11,914 nucleotides of DNA from a virus. Its lineage: Duplodnaviria > Heunggongvirae > Uroviricota > Caudoviricetes. Within the stretch, counting starts at the first letter, position 1; each line of letters begins with the position of its first letter. The notes below the pieces were generated by a model, which was not told the origin of the DNA, did no database searches, and saw nothing but the letters and a program-made list of their open reading frames with translations. The position numbers and the translations under genes are program-made. Below, piece after piece: positions 1-6,430 of the stretch. The stretch spans positions 1 to 11,914 of the IMG/VR virus record IMGVR_UViG_2671180884_000016; one strand, written 5' to 3'.

Positions 1-270
1 AGAGATAAAGCCCTGCCGGTGCATCACTTTCCAGATGGCGCGAATTTTGGCGGTCACCGTACCCGGTTTTAAGGCCCGGTTAACCGGTTTCTGACGCACT
101 TTAAAACCGCGTTTTTTGAAAACATCCAGCACGCGGGATAACTCACCGGGTGACATATCCCGGCAGCTGGTTTTGCCGGTGGCTGCCAGTAGTACGAATG
201 TGTAGGTCTCATCATCCAGGGCAAGCTCGCGCTTTGCCACATGAATAGCGGATATCAGTTTCCCTCTCAT
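1..270 (-). CDS. gemA: GemA-like (Mu gp16 / DUF1018-type) protein, N-terminal 90 aa only; C-terminus lies beyond window start
   Basis: Reverse-complement translation of 1-270 gives MRGKLISAIHVAKRELALDDETYTFVLLAATGKTSCRDMSPGELSRVLDVFKKRGFKVRQKPVN..., with the I-x-x-IH-x-AK-x-x-L-x-LDD-x-TY motif recalled for Mu GemA-family proteins. ATG at 268-270 overlaps the upstream gene's TGA (ATGA). Confidence 0.6.
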   Translation of the reverse strand, partial: MRGKLISAIHVAKRELALDDETYTFVLLAATGKTSCRDMSPGELSRVLDVFKKRGFKVRQKPVNRALKPGTVTAKIRAIWKVMHRQGFIS

Positions 271-563
271 GCTGTATCAACACTCCTGCTGATATGATAG
301 ATATTACTTTCCCGATCGAGCTGAACCCGATACTCCGGAGGAATCACAAAAATATTAAAACCATCATCAGTTTTTATTCTTGAGTAGTATTCCCCCTTAT
401 GATATCTGGCAAGTGCATTAATCAGAGAAGTCGCCGCCAGCCCAATCAGGTATTTTTTATGAAAAATACTGATAACTTTCCGGCACAGCCATCGTGTAAT
501 GACGAATGCACCGAAAAACGATGTGATATATAAACACCAGAACAACTGCGAACTACTGTCCAT
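267..563 (-). CDS. hypothetical protein, 98 aa, N-terminal transmembrane helix
   Basis: ORF with strong SD (AAGGAG, 7 nt before ATG at 563). Hydrophobic segment LFWCLYITSFFGAFVITRWL. Stop overlaps the gemA-like start. Confidence 0.55.
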   Translation of the reverse strand: MDSSSQLFWCLYITSFFGAFVITRWLCRKVISIFHKKYLIGLAATSLINALARYHKGEYYSRIKTDDGFNIFVIPPEYRVQLDRESNIYHISRSVDTA

Positions 564-750
564 TATCTTTCTCCTTATTCAGTCTTCTGCGACATTCGGC
601 ACAGTCATCAGGGCTTTCAAATGTATCCGGCTCGCGATTATGAGCCAGATATAACCACCGCCTACATATACTGATATTATCGCCAGTTTTAAAAAAATGA
701 TGCTTCTTAGCCATCAGAGGGCGCGCCCATCCAGCGGGTAGACTATTCAT
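553..750 (-). CDS. hypothetical small protein, 65 aa, Cys-containing (C-x19-C-x2-C), possible zinc-binding
   Basis: ORF with SD GGAGGA 8 nt upstream of ATG at 750; overlaps neighbours by 8 and 11 nt, suggesting translational coupling. Confidence 0.45.
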   Translation of the reverse strand: MNSLPAGWARPLMAKKHHFFKTGDNISICRRWLYLAHNREPDTFESPDDCAECRRRLNKEKDNGQ

Positions 751-1117
751 TTGCTTTATCCTCCATACTGGACAAAATCATCTGTATTAATGTCGGGCGT
801 GGAGATATACGCATTTCATTAAGCGTCTGAAGGGCAGCAACGGCTGCCTGTTTATCGGTGCCTTTGGCAATTTCCGCAAGAGAATGCACAATCCATAACG
901 GACTTAACGCCACGACTGAATCCAGAATCATGTCATCCATAATAATTTCTGACACATCCCGCTTATCACATTCCTTATCCATAAAAGAAACGATTTTTTC
1001 CACATCTTCCGGTTTCATGCCTCCGGCGATAAGAAATTTGCGATACTCATAAGACGATCTTAATTCAATACTCATATTCATCTCCTGTAACTCTGACAAG
1101 GACGTGATTTTTCTCAT
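743..1117 (-). CDS. hypothetical protein, 124 aa
   Basis: ORF in the co-oriented early operon; ATG at 1115-1117 overlaps the stop of the upstream gene (ATGA). Confidence 0.5.
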   Translation of the reverse strand: MRKITSLSELQEMNMSIELRSSYEYRKFLIAGGMKPEDVEKIVSFMDKECDKRDVSEIIMDDMILDSVVALSPLWIVHSLAEIAKGTDKQAAVAALQTLNEMRISPRPTLIQMILSSMEDKANE

Positions 1118-1299
1118 TTATGTTTTCCAGTAATACGGATATATATGTCGATAAGAAGATTCATAATAAACAGGAAGAGCGACATCCTGATAAAGAACCA
1201 AATATCTGGCATCATGGACAGGTTTCCTGTAATCGCAAATATAAAACCAACCCCCAACACCGGAACGAAAATTGCGAAAAATACAAGTCTCTTTATCAT
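1114..1299 (-). CDS. small hydrophobic membrane protein, 61 aa, two predicted TM helices
   Basis: Sequence MIKRLVFFAIFVPVLGVGFIFAITG...WFFIRMSLFLFIMNLLIDIYI is dominated by two hydrophobic stretches; ATGA overlap with upstream gene at 1296-1299. Confidence 0.5.
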   Translation of the reverse strand: MIKRLVFFAIFVPVLGVGFIFAITGNLSMMPDIWFFIRMSLFLFIMNLLIDIYIRITGKHK

Positions 1300-1847
1300 G
1301 GCGTTAACTCCCGTAATACAGCGTCCTCGGCAGTCCGGCGATGGTGATAAATAAAATTCACCGTACTCTCGGATAATTCAAATTTCTCGCCTATTTCCCG
1401 GAAGGTAAGACGTCGTGGTGATTCAGCATCCCGTAATTCACGAATAAGATGAACATCATCGTCAGGTATACGGGTGAAGGGCAGCAATTCTCCGTATTTT
1501 TTCATGCTTACGCCAATATATCGCGCCCGATTGTGGACAGAATCCCGGTCTCGCCCCAGATATTCTCCTATTTGCTTACCGGTCATCGTTCTGGCATTTT
1601 TTCGGATAAATTTATCTTCATCATGTTTAAATCTTGGACGTTTGCATTTGAGCAACTCCGGGTAAGTACCGCGTAATAAAACAATCCGGTTATGTACACC
1701 CCAGAAACTTCTTTTTACCCTGACAGCAATATCCTTAACCGGGGTGGATGGATAAAGCGCAATCAGCAGCGCATCTTCTTCAGGTGTCCACGCACGGACA
1801 TGAGCAGGTGCCTGACCTTTTCGCCCCATGGGTTGTAAAATCATCAT
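1296..1847 (-). CDS. putative DNA-binding protein, 183 aa, with three helix-turn-helix-like segments
   Basis: SD AGGGGG 7 nt upstream of ATG at 1847. Segments WTPEEDALLIALY (Myb/SANT-like), TGKQIGEYLGRDRDSVHNRARYIG and LTFREIGEKFELSESTVNFIYHH (sigma-70 region 4 / LuxR-like) read as HTH motifs by eye. Confidence 0.55.
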   Translation of the reverse strand: MMILQPMGRKGQAPAHVRAWTPEEDALLIALYPSTPVKDIAVRVKRSFWGVHNRIVLLRGTYPELLKCKRPRFKHDEDKFIRKNARTMTGKQIGEYLGRDRDSVHNRARYIGVSMKKYGELLPFTRIPDDDVHLIRELRDAESPRRLTFREIGEKFELSESTVNFIYHHRRTAEDAVLRELTP

Positions 1848-1850
1848 ACA

Positions 1851-2366
1851 TCACCCCCTGACTCGCTTTTCAGCAGCATAAAACTCATCAGACAGAATTT
1901 CGGTCATTTTCTGATTTGCGGGTTTTACGCCGCACTCAAGGTAAATCACATCGTCAACGCAGAACCACTTCACAGGGCCAAACATGATTGCCGAGAAATC
2001 AATACCCAGCCAGAACAACAGTGCATCGGTTCTGGCATACGTGACGGGCGAATATTCACGCCACAGACTGTTAAGTTCGTCAGAGGCAACGCGCAGGGCT
2101 TTGGGAATACGTGATGTGCGCGGTGTGCAGCTCCAGCCATTCGACGCAGTCGGTTTTCGCCATAAGTCGCGATGAAAAGGATATTTGTCATCCATAAAGC
2201 GCAGCCCTTTAAAACAAAAGCCACTGATACCGGATACAAATACCGACCGGCACGCAACATTCAGCACGGCCTCAAGGCGTTTTGCCTCATCCTTAACTTT
2301 CTGGCAGTCCTGCTGATATTTTTGCCACGCGGCCAGCGCGGAAGGGTTTGATGTTTTAAAGAACAT
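1851..2366 (-). CDS. hypothetical protein, 171 aa
   Basis: ORF with SD GGAGGTG upstream of ATG at 2364-2366; TAATG stop/start overlap with upstream gene. Confidence 0.55.
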   Translation of the reverse strand: MFFKTSNPSALAAWQKYQQDCQKVKDEAKRLEAVLNVACRSVFVSGISGFCFKGLRFMDDKYPFHRDLWRKPTASNGWSCTPRTSRIPKALRVASDELNSLWREYSPVTYARTDALLFWLGIDFSAIMFGPVKWFCVDDVIYLECGVKPANQKMTEILSDEFYAAEKRVRG

Positions 2367-2899
2367 TACGCCACCTCCGCAGATATCCCGGCAGGCGCGG
2401 CCGTCCGGTCAACAATCAGGTAACGCAGAACGCGCGAGGTGATATTCCAGCCGCTTAAACCGCAGATAATGACACCCAGGCGTATGTCGATATACGCCAT
2501 CACAAACTGGGGCACGCCTTCTTTCATGGCCTGCTCATCAACTTCAGCCACCACATAAACGGTTTCACAGGTCAGAACGCCCTGAGCAAATTCCCACGCC
2601 ATTGACGGAATATCATGCCCCTCAATCCACGGCAGGGATTTTCTGAAGCTGCACCACTGAACATCATCAGCCGCACCTTCCTGGCTGCATTTGCGACGAA
2701 CCGGCTGCACCGGGCGGGGACGCGGAATATCATAAAAACCGTTACATTCCGTCAGCACCCCGGCATCGACCGCATCACGCAGAAAATAAACCATCGAGGA
2801 TGGCGGCATATTCATTTTTTCAGCCAGAATGCCGCAGGTCAGACGCCCGTAAATACTCAGCCAGTTTTTAACCCCTTCAAGCACTTTTGCATCAATCAT
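2366..2899 (-). CDS. hypothetical protein, 177 aa (possible N-terminal winged-helix-like region)
   Basis: ORF with SD GGAGGA 8 nt upstream of ATG at 2899; no family recognised from sequence alone. Confidence 0.55.
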   Translation of the reverse strand: MIDAKVLEGVKNWLSIYGRLTCGILAEKMNMPPSSMVYFLRDAVDAGVLTECNGFYDIPRPRPVQPVRRKCSQEGAADDVQWCSFRKSLPWIEGHDIPSMAWEFAQGVLTCETVYVVAEVDEQAMKEGVPQFVMAYIDIRLGVIICGLSGWNITSRVLRYLIVDRTAAPAGISAEVA

Positions 2900-2902
2900 G
2901 AA

Positions 2903-3445
2903 TTATTCCTCCGTCAGCGCCACATATTCAGAATGTTTAATCTCCTGGCATTCTTCAGGAATACCCCCTTTTATTTCCCTGCCATAAGCGCCTACTTTAA
3001 ACACCACGCACAGGGCATCACGGGAGAGCGACGGGGTCCACCAGGAGTCCATGTTAAACATGGAGGGGATTCTCATTACCCCCAGCTTTTCACAGAGCCA
3101 GACAAGGAAATCAGGACGCTTTCTTAACTCGCGTTCAGCGGCTTCAATCATTGCGGCAATCGCCGGTCCTTCAGGGCATGACTCATCAGGTCTGGCAATA
3201 AAGCACGGTCCGTCCCCGATAAAAGCCACATCATCGCGCTTACGCCAGCCCGCAGGCAGAGCACCAGAAAAATAAAACTCACTGATTACGTCCATGGCAA
3301 ACGGCTTTAAGCGCAATCCGGCAGCGCCTGTATTTTTCAGTAATGCCCGAAGAATACTGTTGCGTAGCGGTAAAACAGTCTGTTGATATTTGGTGAAATA
3401 TTTATTTGTCTGCACACGGTCTAATTTGAAATAAAAATATGCCAT
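2903..3445 (-). CDS. hypothetical protein, 180 aa
   Basis: ORF with SD AAGGA upstream of ATG at 3445; first gene downstream of gam in the operon. Confidence 0.55.
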   Translation of the reverse strand: MAYFYFKLDRVQTNKYFTKYQQTVLPLRNSILRALLKNTGAAGLRLKPFAMDVISEFYFSGALPAGWRKRDDVAFIGDGPCFIARPDESCPEGPAIAAMIEAAERELRKRPDFLVWLCEKLGVMRIPSMFNMDSWWTPSLSRDALCVVFKVGAYGREIKGGIPEECQEIKHSEYVALTEE

Positions 3446-3542
3446 ATATCCTGTTCCTTATTTTCAGTTTACAGGCGCAGGCAGTCCCCTGACGCGAGCG
3501 CCATACTTAAAACGATGTGATATTTAAAGATTTAATGCGGTG

Positions 3543-4073
3543 TTATTTATTCAGTCCGGCGTCCTGTTCAAAAGGCTCGACATAAAAACTTTCAGCGCCT
3601 TTATTCACCTTAATACCGGCAATGCCTTTCACTGCATCCGGCTCCGCCAGGACCGCTTCCTTGTTCACTTCCTCTTTCGTGCGGATGAATCGCTCAAGCC
3701 CCATACGGCGCAGCATTTCAATCACACCTTCCACATCACGGCTGACGCTGCATGATGGATTTCCCAGCCGCCATGACACTGTTCCGGTGGTCAGATTGGC
3801 TGTTTTGGTTTTGCCGCCGTTCGTCAGCTCATCGCGGTTGGTTTTGCACCAGTCCTGAATCCCCTTAAAAAGCACTTTGATTTCTTTTTTAAGGTTTTCA
3901 ATCTGCGGCGTATAACGGGCGGTGATTTCTGCCACTTCATCATTCATCGCCGTTTCCAGCCGCAGCGCCTCTCGCTGAATATCGCCCAGGGTACGGATAT
4001 CGCGGCTGACTTCTTCGCGGGTCTGCGGTGCAGCCTCGGCTGCGGCCTTTAATTTTGTAACACGTTTAGCCAT
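3543..4073 (-). CDS. gam: host-nuclease inhibitor protein Gam (Mu Gam / Ku-like DNA end-binding protein)
   Basis: 176 aa. Resembles the Mu Gam sequence as recalled: N-terminal MAK...LETAMNDEVAEI, central DELTNGGKTKTANLTTGTVSWR, C-terminal RFIRTKEEVNKEAVLAEPDAVKGIAGIKV...EPFEQ. Position in the early operon is appropriate. Confidence 0.8.
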   Translation of the reverse strand: MAKRVTKLKAAAEAAPQTREEVSRDIRTLGDIQREALRLETAMNDEVAEITARYTPQIENLKKEIKVLFKGIQDWCKTNRDELTNGGKTKTANLTTGTVSWRLGNPSCSVSRDVEGVIEMLRRMGLERFIRTKEEVNKEAVLAEPDAVKGIAGIKVNKGAESFYVEPFEQDAGLNK

Positions 4074-4084
4074 TTTGTTTTTCC

Positions 4085-4378
4085 TTATTGCAGTGTGCCT
4101 GATGCTTTATGCACGCGGTGGCGTTTAATGATGGCATCCGCCCCAAAAGCCTGTACAGATGCCTGAAATTCCGCTGAGAGAAACTGAATAATTTCAGGAC
4201 TGTGATACTGGAGAATACTTGCATAAACGTCACAGAGTGACGTCGGCCTGTTATTCGTATCACGTTCTGTTTTTACATCCACACCAATCTTTTCATGCAC
4301 TTCAACACAGTCATTGCCTGCCGGTTTTTCGTCATGCGAAACATGCTTAAATTCAAAAATAACGCGTACTTTGCTCAT
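4085..4378 (-). CDS. hypothetical small protein, about 97 aa; paralogue of the 4383-4655 gene (ORF track extends to 4405, internal start preferred)
   Basis: ATG at 4376-4378 is preceded by SD AGGGG and lies just after the upstream stop. N-terminus MSKVRVIFEFKHV matches MSKVVRIIFEYKEHV of the neighbour. Confidence 0.5.
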   Translation of the reverse strand: MSKVRVIFEFKHVSHDEKPAGNDCVEVHEKIGVDVKTERDTNNRPTSLCDVYASILQYHSPEIIQFLSAEFQASVQAFGADAIIKRHRVHKASGTLQ

Positions 4379-4382
4379 GGAA

Positions 4383-4655
4383 TTACCCCTGCTGATTAAA
4401 TTCATTACCTTTAATAACCCCGGAACGCATGCTCATATCTTTCATGAGCGCACTGGCTTTCATTGCCACAAGTTCAGCAAAGTCTCTGCTTTCCGCGAGC
4501 ATAACCACCCCAAAAATCATGGCGGGTCCATCACCTTTCTGCTTTATCCCGGTTGAACGTATGTCCAGACTTACCCCCATGCGCACTGTTCCATCAGCGT
4601 TTTTATGGATAACGTGCTCCTTGTATTCGAAAATAATGCGTACGACTTTACTCAT
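4383..4655 (-). CDS. hypothetical small protein, 90 aa; paralogue of the 4085-4378 gene
   Basis: ORF with SD-like GAGGACCAGAGG before ATG at 4655; ATGA overlap with upstream gene. Nucleotide similarity around both starts (aaaataaYgcgtac...ctcat). Confidence 0.5.
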   Translation of the reverse strand: MSKVVRIIFEYKEHVIHKNADGTVRMGVSLDIRSTGIKQKGDGPAMIFGVVMLAESRDFAELVAMKASALMKDMSMRSGVIKGNEFNQQG

Positions 4656-4933
4656 CCTCTGGTCCTCGTTCTGTTTGGATAACTGACCCGGCGTCTGACC
4701 TCACGGCAGAACCGAATCATGGCATTAAAGGCTTCTTCCTCCGTCACCGCTTCCGGTATCCCCGGAACCAGTAACTGCTCCTGTTCATCACGTCCATGAC
4801 GCGCCATAACCTCAATCACATGCCGTACCGTGGCAGGCTTTCCGGCAACTATCGGCAATGCACCTTCCGGCAGGACGTAACCAAACTCAATAAGACCACT
4901 CGACCACGCCCATGCAATGAGATTTTTTTTCAC
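4652..4933 (-). CDS. hypothetical protein, 93 aa, GTG start
   Basis: GTG at 4931-4933 is preceded by strong SD GGGAGGTG; no in-frame ATG nearby. Confidence 0.45.
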   Translation of the reverse strand: MKKNLIAWAWSSGLIEFGYVLPEGALPIVAGKPATVRHVIEVMARHGRDEQEQLLVPGIPEAVTEEEAFNAMIRFCREVRRRVSYPNRTRTRG

Positions 4934-4934
4934 C

Positions 4935-5189
4935 TCACACCTCCCAGTAAACCGTGCAGCCGCTGATGCGGGTGGCCTTCACACGGCGGCGCAGGCCGTT
5001 GGTCTGTATGGTGATTTCAATTTCACCGGTTCCCTGCACGTTGCCTACCGGCGGCGTGGTTTTCAGTGCAAAACGTTGCGGATAGCGCTTACTGCGTTCC
5101 AGTACCGCACCGGCAAGTTCGGTCAGACGGCGCGCGCTGTTCAGGGAGTCGAATAAATTCATTTTGTTACCGCAGGATTGCATATTCAT
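4935..5189 (-). CDS. hypothetical protein, about 84 aa (ORF track 4935-5201; internal ATG at 5189 preferred)
   Basis: The first ATG of the ORF itself forms SD GAGGTG for the ATG at 5187-5189. Confidence 0.4.
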   Translation of the reverse strand: MNMQSCGNKMNLFDSLNSARRLTELAGAVLERSKRYPQRFALKTTPPVGNVQGTGEIEITIQTNGLRRRVKATRISGCTVYWEV

Positions 5190-5201
5190 ATAACACCTCA
5201 T

Positions 5202-5423
5202 TTAGCTGACTTGTTTCGCACCAACAGAACGGCATATTCCGCTGTAAACGTCTGTCGCACCTTCGCGATCAAGTCCGGCAGATATCACCATTCGTGTGCG
5301 GTCATTAAATTCAAAAAGTAAATCGCCACATTCTTTATTTTCGGCCAGTGAAATCACCTTCACGTTATCGAAATTAACCAGGTAAAAGCGTCCGTAAATA
5401 TCAGGAATATTAAATACCGCCAT
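5202..5423 (-). CDS. hypothetical small protein, about 73 aa, immediately downstream of B (position of kil in Mu)
   Basis: ATG at 5421-5423 preceded by SD AGGTG; the ORF track's start at 5429 is a GTG two codons upstream. Follows B stop (TGA 5426-5428) after 2 nt. Confidence 0.45.
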   Translation of the reverse strand: MAVFNIPDIYGRFYLVNFDNVKVISLAENKECGDLLFEFNDRTRMVISAGLDREGATDVYSGICRSVGAKQVS

Positions 5424-5425
5424 AA

Positions 5426-6358
5426 TCACACCTGTGAGAGTAATTCAGGGTTGGTATAAACCTCTTTAAAGGCCGCATTAATATGTTTTTCTGTCAGCGC
5501 CGCGCCTTCACCGCTGGCGGTGAGCCACGCCTGGTTAAGCGTATGTGTCAGAACGCGTAACGCTCCCGGCTTTTCAGCGATAGCCTGCATGACGGCCAGC
5601 TCGGCCTCACCACTGATCCCCCACGCCCTGGCAATGGCCAGCACATCCGCCTTTTTGGCCTTGCGAAGTTGTTTTGTACGGGCAAGACGGCTGAACAGGC
5701 GCGATAAATCATCAAAGGCGCGGCGTCCACCTTTAAACAATCCGCGCGGGTTACCAATAAGCACCATCCCGATCCCCGTGGCGTCCTGAATTGCCCGGAG
5801 TTGCTCCAGACCGTCAATACCAAGATGATCCGCCTCATCCACAATCACCAGTCCACGCGTTCCCATCAGGCGACGGCGGATGGCGCGGGATAATGCCCCT
5901 TTGTTCGCGCGGGTGTAATCAATCCCCAGCGCATCGGCCAGCTCCAGCAGACACTCCGTGACGCTGGAGTGCGCGGGTGACAGGGTGATCATCCAGGTGT
6001 TTGGTTGCTCCTGGCAGTAATTACGGGCAGTGGCCGTTTTACCCACACCCGGTACGCCCACAATAACGTTAATACAGCCCATCAGACGAACCGCCTGAAA
6101 CAGTGCGCGCAGCTCCTGGACTGTCTGCGTTTCCACAAACTGCGGCGGTTCCGGCAGTGCGCTTTGTTTATTCCAGTTCTCATACCAGGAACGCAGGGAA
6201 GCAGCCACAGCAGCGTTATCGCCTTTATATTTTCCCTTACGGAAAGCCGATAATGTGCCGTCGGAAATTCCCGCCTCTCTGGCGATGGCATACTGCGTCA
6301 GTACGCCGCCATCAATAAGTTCATCAATGGTCTTGATTACATCGTTAATATCAGTCAT
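5426..6358 (-). CDS. B: Mu B-like DNA transposition protein (AAA+ ATPase target-DNA activator)
   Basis: 310 aa. N-terminal HTH-like region, Walker A GVPGVGKT, Walker B-like LVIVDEADHL; directly downstream of the transposase as in Mu. SD GAGAGG upstream. Confidence 0.85.
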   Translation of the reverse strand: MTDINDVIKTIDELIDGGVLTQYAIAREAGISDGTLSAFRKGKYKGDNAAVAASLRSWYENWNKQSALPEPPQFVETQTVQELRALFQAVRLMGCINVIVGVPGVGKTATARNYCQEQPNTWMITLSPAHSSVTECLLELADALGIDYTRANKGALSRAIRRRLMGTRGLVIVDEADHLGIDGLEQLRAIQDATGIGMVLIGNPRGLFKGGRRAFDDLSRLFSRLARTKQLRKAKKADVLAIARAWGISGEAELAVMQAIAEKPGALRVLTHTLNQAWLTASGEGAALTEKHINAAFKEVYTNPELLSQV

Positions 6359-6396
6359 ATTATTAACCTCTCATTTGATACCTTGTTTAATCAAAT

Positions 6397-6430
6397 AACC
6401 TGAGTCGCCGCTCGGGTTATTTTTTTATTT
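6397..6430 (+). terminator. hairpin plus T-tract in the A-B intergenic spacer, best formed on the plus (antisense) strand
   Basis: aacctgag / ctcgggtt stem (8 bp, one G-U) with 6-nt loop, followed by atttttttattt on the plus strand. Confidence 0.3.

Noticed and set aside
1145-1354. Plus-strand ORFs 1120-1347 and 1145-1354 overlapping the 61-aa membrane-protein gene
   Set aside because: Antisense to a coupled minus-strand gene; Lys/Asn-rich composition reflects the antisense of a hydrophobic coding region.
2615-3127. Plus-strand ORFs of 60-170 aa inside the Mu-like region (e.g. 2615-3127, 3622-3858, 5520-5789, 6532-7029, 7321-7629, 7949-8332, 8217-8471)
   Set aside because: All lie antisense to well-supported minus-strand genes with SD sequences and coupled starts; they lack convincing RBSs and look like shadow ORFs.
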